A stretch of DNA of 64,000 nucleotides, taken from the UHGV virus genome UHGV-0117634. One strand, 5' to 3'. This DNA comes from a virus. Under the pieces are notes generated by a model. It was not told the origin of the DNA and made no database searches. It was given only the letters and a program-made list of their open reading frames with translations. Positions 1 through 9,025 of the stretch are shown here, piece by piece; within the stretch, counting starts at the first letter, position 1; every line of letters starts with the position of its first letter. Both the position numbers and the translations under genes were made by a program.

Positions 1-19
1 GGGTCTCCGAAGAGACCCC
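1..19 (-). terminator. Stem-loop at window edge (GGGTCTC-CGAAGA-GAGACCC) downstream of minus-strand ORF 27..362
   Basis: 7-bp GC-rich inverted repeat seen directly; U-tract would lie outside the window. Confidence 0.3.
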
Positions 20-26
20 TTAGAGA

Positions 27-362
27 TTAAATGCTAAAAATCTTTTTACTTTCCCAGAGTTCAATGAACTTCTGTGACACTTTTGTTAGTGAACCTTTAG
101 ACATTGTATTCATATACCAGTAACGTTTACCTTCATCGAATGCCATGTCAAGTTTCTCACTAATATCTTCTTCAAGTCTTGCAATTGAAAAGTTACCACG
201 TACTTTGCAGACAACTCGTCCAAATTTGATATCGCTGCGGCCTTTGCAATCTTCAGTGTACATTACAAAGTCACCATGATGTAATGTCTCACCAAACTTA
301 TCATTGCCTAGTTCTTCACCAGCTTTGATTTCTTCTTTAGTTAACTTTTTAATTTTAGACAT
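27..362 (-). CDS. hypothetical protein
   Basis: ORF track, 111 aa; no recognisable motif. Confidence 0.45.
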   Translation of the reverse strand: MSKIKKLTKEEIKAGEELGNDKFGETLHHGDFVMYTEDCKGRSDIKFGRVVCKVRGNFSIARLEEDISEKLDMAFDEGKRYWYMNTMSKGSLTKVSQKFIELWESKKIFSI

Positions 363-681
363 GGTATCTATCCAAGTTTCGTTTCAAGTAAATCCACTGG
401 TCATCTGTGCGCTCTACACCCATGAACAGGGGGGCTACAACAACTTTACCAAAAGTATTTCTGTGCTGGCAAATCTCGTAAGAGTACGGTTTATCAATAT
501 TTAAGCCATACTTATACAACACTGCTGCTAATACTTGTTCATTATCCAGAATCGTTTCTGGCTTCTCTCCGTACTTGTCTAACAGTGAATCATTCATAAA
601 CACTGTCATAGAGAGGTTGTAGTTGGAGAAGTGGCTTTTTGCCACCACTTCTTCACCTTTATTAATGTTCTGTGAATCCAT
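355..681 (-). CDS. hypothetical protein
   Basis: ORF track, 108 aa; tightly packed in minus-strand operon. Confidence 0.45.
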   Translation of the reverse strand: MDSQNINKGEEVVAKSHFSNYNLSMTVFMNDSLLDKYGEKPETILDNEQVLAAVLYKYGLNIDKPYSYEICQHRNTFGKVVVAPLFMGVERTDDQWIYLKRNLDRYHV

Positions 682-1417
682 TATAACCGACTCCTTTCAA
701 CCACTGCTTGAGGTTGATTGCATCATAATTCAATTTCGGATATGAGGTTACATGGAACTTCTCACCATCATAGTACACAATATCCGCAAGCCATAATCCA
801 TTCTCACGGCAGAAATCTTTATCTGCTTTTGAAGAGATTGGTTCAACTTTAGAAAAGTTTTTAATGCCAAGACTACCAAGACTTCCAATCAGTCCTTGGC
901 AGATAACGCATGTGTCAGATGTTACCACAAATAATTCTTTTGCGTCAACTTCTGCAACAAAACTTTCAAGTTGAACTTTTGGAAGATTAGACTGTTTCAT
1001 AACCTTACCATCAGACTTGCGAATAATTGCAAACCACTCTTTGCCTTCGATGATTGATTGGCGCAGGTAGCATTCATCACCAGTACGTTTCTCAATATCA
1101 AACATTCGCTGTACAGCTTCTTGATAGTCATCTGTGTATTTGAGGTTGTTGTTTTCACAAACAGCCTTGATAGCACCATCATGGTCATGCTGTGTTAGGA
1201 AAATTAAACCGTCAAGTACATACTGCAAATCAGCTTGAGCATCAAGAGTTTCAATGGGGTCTTTGGCTTCTACTGCTGCGACTAACTCTCTAGCTTCTTC
1301 AAGCATGCACAGAGATTGACTTTTCAGTGATTCCCAATACTCTGTGCTGTATGGCTCTTTTGGGTTATTGCCACAACGTAGATTCCAATTTCTTACGGAT
1401 TCTCTGGAATTAAACAT
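662..1417 (-). CDS. MazG-like nucleoside triphosphate pyrophosphohydrolase domain protein (putative)
   Basis: N-terminal acidic helix motifs LEEARELVAAVE and DAQADLQYVLDGL resemble the MazG all-alpha NTP-PPase signature; weak. Confidence 0.4.
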   Translation of the reverse strand: MFNSRESVRNWNLRCGNNPKEPYSTEYWESLKSQSLCMLEEARELVAAVEAKDPIETLDAQADLQYVLDGLIFLTQHDHDGAIKAVCENNNLKYTDDYQEAVQRMFDIEKRTGDECYLRQSIIEGKEWFAIIRKSDGKVMKQSNLPKVQLESFVAEVDAKELFVVTSDTCVICQGLIGSLGSLGIKNFSKVEPISSKADKDFCRENGLWLADIVYYDGEKFHVTSYPKLNYDAINLKQWLKGVGYNGFTEH

Positions 1418-1647
1418 TAAGCCTCCTTATCTTCAAACAACTTTTGTTGAGACTCAATATATTCCATTCGTTCTTTGAGTTCAACACGTTTGCTTAACAG
1501 ATGTTGAATTTGTGATTCCAGAGCATCCATCTCAGCTTCTGTAGCTGACTTAGCTTTACTGATAGTTTCCTTCAGTGCTGCTACGCCACTCTGGATTTTA
1601 GAAACATGGTCATTTTTGATTTTATTAAACATTTTAAACTCTCTCAT
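1417..1647 (-). CDS. hypothetical coiled-coil protein
   Basis: ORF track, 76 aa, heptad-like charged sequence. Confidence 0.4.
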   Translation of the reverse strand: MREFKMFNKIKNDHVSKIQSGVAALKETISKAKSATEAEMDALESQIQHLLSKRVELKERMEYIESQQKLFEDKEA

Positions 1648-2134
1648 TAAGTTTCATGATTTTAGTGATTCTCTTCTCAGCTTCATCATAAGTCTCTTTT
1701 GTAAGAAACTTGATTGCTGCAATGTTTGCATTGTAGAAGAGTCGAAGCTTAGAGTCAATCCTTTTTGTCATGACGTCAAACTTATGCTGTAGGTTAGCTT
1801 CGCCATAAACTAAGCCACCTCGCGTATAGTAAGTCTGGATGATGTAGAAGTCAAACTCTTTTTCACCAAAAGATTCAATATCCTTCTTAATGTATTCAGA
1901 AGATGTTTGATAAGTCATCCAATCACTTTCTTTTGTCACGACTTTACGTCTGGTCTTTCCAGCAACCTTTCTCTTAGTGACATTATTAAATTGTTTCTTT
2001 CCAATATAATATTGCCCAGTTTTCTTACAGTATACTAAATAGACAAAACCAAAATAGTTAGCGGGGTCAATTTCCCCGCACAGTGAAATCCAATGTCCAT
2101 AAACAGGGCAATTTCCAAATCCTTTAATCTTCAT
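1634..2134 (-). CDS. GIY-YIG-like nuclease domain protein (putative)
   Basis: FVYLVYCKKTGQYYIGKK matches the GIY...YIG core pattern. Confidence 0.4.
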   Translation of the reverse strand: MKIKGFGNCPVYGHWISLCGEIDPANYFGFVYLVYCKKTGQYYIGKKQFNNVTKRKVAGKTRRKVVTKESDWMTYQTSSEYIKKDIESFGEKEFDFYIIQTYYTRGGLVYGEANLQHKFDVMTKRIDSKLRLFYNANIAAIKFLTKETYDEAEKRITKIMKLNERV

Positions 2135-3191
2135 TCATAACTGGCTCCCAATTGTATTTTTTAAACGTAAAATCATCTTTAGGATTTCGTTCTTGATAAG
2201 CAATCCAGAAGTGCTGCTCCATTAGTTCTAGTGGAGTTCTTGTCACAATCTGACCATCCCACGATTCATAAGTATATGACTCTTTCTTAGCATAAAGTTC
2301 ATAGATTGCGTCTAAGCACTCTTTGTAGGTAGTTTTACCTTCCAGTGCATTCATCACTGCAACCTTACCAGCACCTTTTAAACCGAAGTAGTTATCTGCA
2401 TTATCACCTGCTACAGCTTGATAGCAGAGGAATTTAAAACCTACTCCAACTGTCTTCTTAGCTTTCGGTTTAGATTTGATAGGGCAATCCCAAATCTCAC
2501 CAACGTTATTATCTGCAATGAAAATTAATGGAGCTTTCTCATAAGTCATATCAATACAGTAAGTTCCTTCAGCTTGACGAAGGTCTTTATCAATACTCAT
2601 CAGAGCAGCTTTTTTACCCATCTTCTCAGCTTTTGCAATAACGATAGAGTCTGCTTCGAAGCCCCCCTTTAGGAGCTTAAACTCTGGTCGTGACAGAAGA
2701 TACTCACGACAAGCAACTAGGTGTGTAGGTGTTACAGCTTCTTTTCTGTTACCTTGGTATTGGTGTTCAAGACCTTTGATATCCTTGTGTTTGTGAACAC
2801 CTTTCTCAGTAAGGTAACCCATCCATTTGCGTTCTTTACCAACGACTTTCAACCACTCCTGAAGAACTTGCTGTGTAGCCATAATTGCTTCAGCTTCACT
2901 CTTAGCCTCCTTCCAAGTCTGTCTTTCCCATTCATCTTCATCAAAGTCAAGTCCTAACTCTTCAGTTAAAACTCTTTGGTCAGACAGCCATTGTGCTGCC
3001 AGTTTTGCACTATCAAAAGCGTCGGATTCTTCAGCAGTGATTTTATTCACATACTTGTACTTTGCTTTTTCAACTACACAAGCACCTTTGTAAGCAATGC
3101 TATCAGAGTCAATAAAGACGTGTGTAACGCTCTCTGGGAGCTTTGTTAAGGTGTATTGTTCCATTGTACTCTCCATACGAAAAAGCCCCAT
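2124..3191 (-). CDS. 5'-3' exonuclease / flap endonuclease (T5 D15 / T4 RNase H-like)
   Basis: N-terminal VFIDSDSIAYKGA and C-terminal GDNADNYFGLKGAGKVAV (H3TH-like) motifs. Confidence 0.7.
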   Translation of the reverse strand: MGLFRMESTMEQYTLTKLPESVTHVFIDSDSIAYKGACVVEKAKYKYVNKITAEESDAFDSAKLAAQWLSDQRVLTEELGLDFDEDEWERQTWKEAKSEAEAIMATQQVLQEWLKVVGKERKWMGYLTEKGVHKHKDIKGLEHQYQGNRKEAVTPTHLVACREYLLSRPEFKLLKGGFEADSIVIAKAEKMGKKAALMSIDKDLRQAEGTYCIDMTYEKAPLIFIADNNVGEIWDCPIKSKPKAKKTVGVGFKFLCYQAVAGDNADNYFGLKGAGKVAVMNALEGKTTYKECLDAIYELYAKKESYTYESWDGQIVTRTPLELMEQHFWIAYQERNPKDDFTFKKYNWEPVMNED

Positions 3192-3226
3192 ACGTCTGTA
3201 CAGGGCTTTGTAGTAGTTACTGACTA

Positions 3227-4087
3227 TTACTCGTCGTCAGTTTCGAAATCATCTTCGTCATCATCATCTGGGTTTGGCAGGTCGTCGTCATCGTCATCAC
3301 CACCTTTACCTTCATCACCAGAATCTTTTGCATCTTCTTCAGTGATTTCGCCGTTGTCTTCAACACCTGCAAGACCAAGCATTGCCAGTTCATCTTCATC
3401 CAGTTCAGTCTCAGTAGCACCACCAGTACCACCAGTGTAAGGAACCAGAGTATCAATGATAAATTGTTCCTGAATTGGCTTGGTCAGAACGTTACCTTCA
3501 AATGTGTAGAAGTGAGTCGCCAGAATCACACTACCAAATGAGCCGTTACCAACTGCAATATCTGGATGAATTACATCGTAAGTCTTATCATCATCGTGCT
3601 TATCAGATTTTGCTGCCTTGATTTTCTTCATAGGCTGCTTAACTGCAACACGCTTACCGTTGATTTCTTCAACCAGCATTACAGGGAAACTCTGTTTTGC
3701 TGACCACACAGCACCGTCTTTATATGCTGCTGAACGGCTAACCTTCAGGATGTGATAGGTGTCAGCTTCAAACGGAGGCTCACAACCAAACTTCTCTTCG
3801 AAGTCATCTGCATCAACAGCCTCTGTAGTAACTTTATCCCAACCTTCAGGACTCTTTTTAGACTTGGTGAACTCTTTAAAGAGCTTGTTACCATCTTTTG
3901 CCAGAATTGAAACGCTGTAGTTACAATCTTTGCCCGGAAAATGCTTATCCACAGATTTACCCTTTTGAGGACGTGGAATAGTGTTCAGGTAATAGAACCA
4001 AACATCTTTCAGCAGGTAACGAAGAGTCTCACGTTCTTGACCATTGTACTTCTCTACCGGAGCTTTCATTTTAACACCTTTAGACAT
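3227..4087 (-). CDS. single-stranded DNA-binding protein (putative)
   Basis: Strongly acidic C-terminal tail DDDDDDLPNPDDDDEDDFETDDE typical of phage SSBs; sits in replication operon. Confidence 0.55.
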   Translation of the reverse strand: MSKGVKMKAPVEKYNGQERETLRYLLKDVWFYYLNTIPRPQKGKSVDKHFPGKDCNYSVSILAKDGNKLFKEFTKSKKSPEGWDKVTTEAVDADDFEEKFGCEPPFEADTYHILKVSRSAAYKDGAVWSAKQSFPVMLVEEINGKRVAVKQPMKKIKAAKSDKHDDDKTYDVIHPDIAVGNGSFGSVILATHFYTFEGNVLTKPIQEQFIIDTLVPYTGGTGGATETELDEDELAMLGLAGVEDNGEITEEDAKDSGDEGKGGDDDDDDLPNPDDDDEDDFETDDE

Positions 4088-4173
4088 TTTAATACCTCTT
4101 TCTCAAATTAACTTTCAACTCAATTATCAAGGAGTACAATCTTACAGACTTCGTACTCCATTGTCAAACATTT

Positions 4174-4311
4174 TTAAGCAGATTTTTTAGCTGCTTTACG
4201 AGCTGTCTTACCTGTGCGAACTCGCTTCTGTACATAGTGTTCAGCAGACTTACCAGCAGTTGCTTTCATGGAATCGCCAAATACTTTCTCAAATGCTTTA
4301 GAATGTTTCAT
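4174..4311 (-). CDS. small basic protein (about 45 aa), hypothetical
   Basis: Not in ORF track (<60 aa); ATG overlaps upstream stop as ATGA; GGAG 7 nt upstream. Confidence 0.3.
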   Translation of the reverse strand: MKHSKAFEKVFGDSMKATAGKSAEHYVQKRVRTGKTARKAAKKSA

Positions 4312-4589
4312 GAATCTCTCCGATATATTTCATATTCAAAATGTTTATTTGTCAAGGTAAACATGTAAACTGTGGACAAATTATCAATTGCTAATGCAAA
4401 CATCTCAACATTGTCTTTTGATATATGTTCAAACTTTACTTCATGTCCCTTGTTGATGAGTACTTTACCGAACTGTTCTATCTTAGTCAAGCACTCATTT
4501 ACAAATTTTTCTCTACTTTTTTCTGAATAGAAGGGTGTAAAACACTCCTTCAGATAGCTATCAATCAGTTTCGAACGGACAGTCATCAT
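4308..4589 (-). CDS. hypothetical protein
   Basis: ORF track, 93 aa. Confidence 0.45.
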   Translation of the reverse strand: MMTVRSKLIDSYLKECFTPFYSEKSREKFVNECLTKIEQFGKVLINKGHEVKFEHISKDNVEMFALAIDNLSTVYMFTLTNKHFEYEIYRRDS

Positions 4590-6552
4590 TATCCTCGTTA
4601 ATCACAGGTGGAATGGTGGAACTTTCACGTTGTTCTTGTGTGTAAATCTCTCCAGATTCACGGTCAAAATCAACATCTTCATAGTGTGGCATAGAGTCAT
4701 CGTAATGGTCTTCAGCCTCACCAATACCAAACTGCTGACGAATATTCTCTGCTGCACCATCAATATCAACACCACATCCAGCAGCCTTTACAAGACGACC
4801 TGTATCTGGATTATACCAAGTGTGACCAGCAATACCAGTTGACTTACCATGACGGCGACATTTTGTTAGCTTGATTTTTGTCAAGTTCTTTTTAACAGGG
4901 TCTGGGTCAACCTTGTTACGCATAAGCAAAATGTTGTTCATGGAAATCTGGAAGTATGCACCAGAACCCTTGATATCTTCTTCAGAAATATCACCACCTT
5001 CAGAGTTGGCCTTTTGACCACCTGCACTCTTACGAACGTGACATACGTTTACCTGAGCATACTGATAACGCTTACAGCGACGAAGTAACTCAGACAGAAC
5101 TTCTTCTTCATCTGTATCAGAGCGTGACAGTGCCAATGTAATAGGGTCAAGGATGATAATCTTACAATCGAGACTGTTAACAAGATAGTCAACAAACTCC
5201 AGCAGGTTATCTTGGTCAATTGCCCCTTGGTGGTCTACGATGTGAATACGACGACCTTTTGATAACTCAGCATGTGCAACCTTAATCTCATCCCAATTAC
5301 GCTCATCGTAAGGAATCTCTGAAATCTGCTTACTAAGATGGATTGCACAGAGCATTTCCATAAGTTCTTCGTAAGTATCCTCTACAGGAATCACACCGAT
5401 GTTGTACTCAGTATCTTTCCATGCTTTGTAAATCATCTCACGAGTATATGCAGATTTACCTACAGATGAAGGTGCAGCAAGGGTTGTAATCTCGCCTAAA
5501 CCATACCCGCCATAAGTCAGCTTATTCAAATCCCCGAAAGAATCTGGGAAAGGAATTAAAGGAATCTGACCACGATTCTTCATAGCATCGAAACCGTCTG
5601 CAAAGTTCTTGATACCAGCAGGACAGTAACGAGGTGCATTGTAGATTCGTTGTTTAAATCCTTCTAAGACTGTATCTTTGTCTTTGAAGAACTTAGTCCA
5701 CCACTCACTAAGGTCTTTAATACCTTCAGGATACTGGAACAGTCTTACTTTCTCAATAGGTAAGATACCAGCAGCTTCCTTAGTTGCTTTAGCCCCTGCT
5801 TCATCATTATCAAAGCACAGGTAGATTTCATCAAAGGAAGTAATATACTGATAGTTCTCTTTGATAGACTTAACATTAGCACCAGATGGTACAGAAACGT
5901 GGCAGTAATTCTTACGTCTAGACTTATCTTTAATTGCTAAAGAAGTCATGTAGATTGCTGTAGCACATTCCATCTCACCTTCCCAGATGAAAAGACGGTT
6001 ACCACCTTCTGGAGCAATCCATGAACCGAACATAGCCAGTTCACCTTTAATATCTCCGACACCACCAGAAAAGTCTTTCAACTTCCCACGTAAGTGCTCT
6101 TTGTGATAGTCATCTGGATATTTGTGACGAACACGATAACCTACATGTTGCAACTTACCATCTTCATCTTTTTTGTATGTTGGATAGAAATGTGCATCAA
6201 TGTCGCCATTATCGTCAATATCAACTTTAATACCAAGACGCTCAAGGACTTTTGCAGGAATCTTCCTGTCTTTTAAATCCATTGCTTCTAGGTTTTCTTT
6301 CACATCATCCAAATCCATACCACGAAATGTACGGTTTTTATTCTCTGAACCTGAAGTATGAGTACTCACAATCTGCCCTTTATCAAAATCCCACTCTGGA
6401 AAACCTTTTCCACAACTGAAACATGTCATTGAATATGAACCGTCATCATGACGATATATAGAACCTGCATCTGAAGATAAACATTGAGGGCGTGGACATG
6501 CACAGTGACCTACAAATGTTCCAGCATCTTTCAGTTTTCTCTGTTTAGCCAT
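4561..6552 (-). CDS. bifunctional DNA primase/helicase (T7 gp4-like)
   Basis: N-terminal Cys4 zinc finger, TOPRIM-like LCFDNDEAG, Walker A AAPSSVGKSAYT, Walker B IIILD. Confidence 0.85.
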   Translation of the reverse strand: MAKQRKLKDAGTFVGHCACPRPQCLSSDAGSIYRHDDGSYSMTCFSCGKGFPEWDFDKGQIVSTHTSGSENKNRTFRGMDLDDVKENLEAMDLKDRKIPAKVLERLGIKVDIDDNGDIDAHFYPTYKKDEDGKLQHVGYRVRHKYPDDYHKEHLRGKLKDFSGGVGDIKGELAMFGSWIAPEGGNRLFIWEGEMECATAIYMTSLAIKDKSRRKNYCHVSVPSGANVKSIKENYQYITSFDEIYLCFDNDEAGAKATKEAAGILPIEKVRLFQYPEGIKDLSEWWTKFFKDKDTVLEGFKQRIYNAPRYCPAGIKNFADGFDAMKNRGQIPLIPFPDSFGDLNKLTYGGYGLGEITTLAAPSSVGKSAYTREMIYKAWKDTEYNIGVIPVEDTYEELMEMLCAIHLSKQISEIPYDERNWDEIKVAHAELSKGRRIHIVDHQGAIDQDNLLEFVDYLVNSLDCKIIILDPITLALSRSDTDEEEVLSELLRRCKRYQYAQVNVCHVRKSAGGQKANSEGGDISEEDIKGSGAYFQISMNNILLMRNKVDPDPVKKNLTKIKLTKCRRHGKSTGIAGHTWYNPDTGRLVKAAGCGVDIDGAAENIRQQFGIGEAEDHYDDSMPHYEDVDFDRESGEIYTQEQRESSTIPPVINEDNDDCPFETD

Positions 6553-6745
6553 TCACACCTCTTCGTTGTAGTTCTGCCTTAAGACCGTTTTCAATCTTAT
6601 CAAGCTCATGGATTTCTTCTGCAATCTCTTTCCTTCTTGAAGCGACCCTTTCAAGTCGCTCCATCATAACTTCTTTGGAAAGAGATGAGAGTTCCACTGT
6701 ACGGTGGTCAATTACTTTAAAGTTATTCTCTCTCATCTTCAACAC
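6545..6745 (-). CDS. hypothetical protein
   Basis: ORF track, 66 aa. Confidence 0.4.
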   Translation of the reverse strand: MLKMRENNFKVIDHRTVELSSLSKEVMMERLERVASRRKEIAEEIHELDKIENGLKAELQRRGVNG

Positions 6746-6748
6746 CTT

Positions 6749-7489
6749 TTACAGATTGATAATGGTTTTAAGTTTACTCTCTAATTCTTCCATCGTTCCA
6801 TTATTCTGGATAATATCACGAGAGAAGTTAGTGGAAATACCACGTTCAGAGCTATGGGAAGCCACCTGAATAGCATCTTTTCTTGTAATCTCAATTATCT
6901 GGCTATCATAGCTTTGAAGGAACTCAGCTTCAATATCAAACCTTAAATCACATATCAGTGCAATACCTATGTGACTTTTCTTAACACAATCACCATAGAA
7001 TTTTTCAATACGTTCTGCTAAGTCTGTAATCCAGAAACGCTCTCCAAGAATTTTACGGATAACCTCACTACCCCAGACTTGCTGTATTTGTCTTGAGGAA
7101 ATCATATATTCATTTTTCAAACCAAGCTTTGTAAGCAATGTTGGCTTACCAACTTTCTTTAACTCTTTGATAAGTCTGTCTGTGATTTCCCCACAAAGTT
7201 TTGCATCATCTTGTATACCCTTGCTTTTCATGTTTATATTGAAAGCCCATGCCACACGAGAGTTAAGGTTGTCAAAATCTAAGCTAAACTTTTTAGGCGT
7301 TTCTTTCGTATCACCATATAGGTCGTGCCAGTTTAAGTCAAAGATAAACCCAGCAGTTGCTTTTAAGTTATCGGCAAACGCAAACACTTTAACAGTGTAT
7401 CCAGCCTCATTCAATAGATTTTTTACAATGCTGCAAGACGTATCCTTTCCAGAACGAGCTTTTCCAGTAAATGCAATAACACTTTTCAT
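6749..7489 (-). CDS. deoxynucleoside monophosphate kinase (T4 gp1-like)
   Basis: MKSVIAFTGKARSGKDT P-loop and C-terminal GTMEELESKLKTI parallel T4 dNMP kinase ends; start moved to internal ATG with GGAG SD. Confidence 0.8.
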   Translation of the reverse strand: MKSVIAFTGKARSGKDTSCSIVKNLLNEAGYTVKVFAFADNLKATAGFIFDLNWHDLYGDTKETPKKFSLDFDNLNSRVAWAFNINMKSKGIQDDAKLCGEITDRLIKELKKVGKPTLLTKLGLKNEYMISSRQIQQVWGSEVIRKILGERFWITDLAERIEKFYGDCVKKSHIGIALICDLRFDIEAEFLQSYDSQIIEITRKDAIQVASHSSERGISTNFSRDIIQNNGTMEELESKLKTIINL

Positions 7490-7546
7490 ATAAGTCACTC
7501 CATAATAAAAAGCCCCCAATTAAGGAGGCTGAAGGGTATGCCACAA

Positions 7547-8341
7547 TTATTGTAGTTGAGAACCAGTGAGTTCACGCTCAGACATTGCTTCTAGCTGCTG
7601 AACAAACTCTTCACCGAAGTTGATTGCAATTTTGGTGCTAAGAACTGCTGCACCAGTTTGACTAAATACTTCTCCGAGTGCTGCTGTATGAGCACCTTGT
7701 GACATGCTCTCTACAAAGCTTGGGTCAGACTCTAACATTTTTGACACTTCAAGTAAAGCATGAATACCCATGATACTAAAGATGGCATTTAACATTGAAG
7801 TTACTTTAACCTGAATAGGGTCTAGAGAGAGACCATTAGTAATCTCTGACAGCTTATTCATTGTCTCATCAGCATACTGAATTGCCTTGTCAGATACTTC
7901 ATCAAAGCCCCAATCCAGTTTTACATAACGTGGTGACTTATCATTCATACGCTTCTCTAGTGATGCCATTACAGCAGCAACTGGCGTACAAATACCTTTC
8001 AGAAGGTCTTCATCACTCATGTTATCAAGCTCTTTAATACCCTGCTCAGTAATCTGGATGTATCCACCTGAATACATTTCATCAAAGATATATGTTGCAA
8101 AAGCATCAACACCAATGAGGATGGTTTTCAGAGCATCAGTCTTATTAGATAGCAGGTATTCAACCTCTTTACGGAAATCTTCGTCATTCTCTACAGCGTT
8201 TTTTACAACACGCAGAGATTCAGGGATAAATTTTCCTGACAGTGAGTTGCTACGCATAATGATAGCAAGAGTCTCAACAGTGTTCAGCATGAATGCTTCG
8301 TCAATACCTTTTTCTTCCAGAATCTCATTTACAGTTTTCAT
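7547..8341 (-). CDS. hypothetical protein
   Basis: ORF track, 264 aa. Confidence 0.5.
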   Translation of the reverse strand: MKTVNEILEEKGIDEAFMLNTVETLAIIMRSNSLSGKFIPESLRVVKNAVENDEDFRKEVEYLLSNKTDALKTILIGVDAFATYIFDEMYSGGYIQITEQGIKELDNMSDEDLLKGICTPVAAVMASLEKRMNDKSPRYVKLDWGFDEVSDKAIQYADETMNKLSEITNGLSLDPIQVKVTSMLNAIFSIMGIHALLEVSKMLESDPSFVESMSQGAHTAALGEVFSQTGAAVLSTKIAINFGEEFVQQLEAMSERELTGSQLQ

Positions 8342-8765
8342 CTTTAATCTCTCTCATTTTGTTAATAGTAAGTCGTGATAATCTTAAGCTTTCTTGTGAA
8401 GAGAAGTCAAGTCCTTTTTCAGACCGTGGGAAGTAATTTCTGTCCCACGTATTCTCTGCATCCTGAAGCAGTTGGGATAGACTATCTAAGTCCGTTCCAT
8501 TTTGCAACTTATTTTTTAAGGTATCTATCAAAAAGATTGTGTCTTTCGCTTTACGTCTTTCTGAAGATATCTCTTTCATGTGCTCAAATACCGAGCACTT
8601 TAAACCTTCGTCGTATCCACTTGATAGTTCTATCTCATGCTGAACATCAACCATTCGACGATGTTGATAAGCATACTCCTTCTGAGCCTCAATGTAAAGT
8701 GCTTCAACTCTTTCTAAAGCTTGGACAAGGTTATTGATATCTGGGTGAACGTACATCCTCTGCAT
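8325..8765 (-). CDS. hypothetical protein
   Basis: ORF track, 146 aa; first gene of minus-strand operon next to divergent region. Confidence 0.5.
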   Translation of the reverse strand: MQRMYVHPDINNLVQALERVEALYIEAQKEYAYQHRRMVDVQHEIELSSGYDEGLKCSVFEHMKEISSERRKAKDTIFLIDTLKNKLQNGTDLDSLSQLLQDAENTWDRNYFPRSEKGLDFSSQESLRLSRLTINKMREIKDENCK

Positions 8766-8937
8766 AATTGCCTCTGTTAAGTATCTATAAAGATTTTAAT
8801 CTCTTATCTTTATGTATGTTATACATATAACTTTAAAGCTTTTTTAAAAGCTATTAAAAATCTTTTGAGACTTTTAAAGAAACTGTATAGTTAATCTATA
8901 AAGGGAGTCTATTAAGATAAAACCCACTTCGAAAAGA

Positions 8938-8962
8938 CTAACACCTTGTCAAGCAGTTTGTC
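8938..8962 (-). promoter_or_regulatory. Tandem CTTGACA(-35-like) motifs in divergent intergenic region
   Basis: plus-strand TTGTCAAG-N4-TTGTCAAC; same tandem motif recurs at 49826-49851. Confidence 0.3.
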
Positions 8963-9025
8963 AACTTGCTTTTTGCAGAAAATTGCTGTAGGGTATTATC
9001 CAGAATGATTTGAGAGGGAGTAAAA

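Noticed and set aside
3156-3440. Ser-rich 94-aa plus-strand ORF
   Set aside because: Antisense mirror of the acidic C-terminal tail of the SSB-like gene; compositional artefact.
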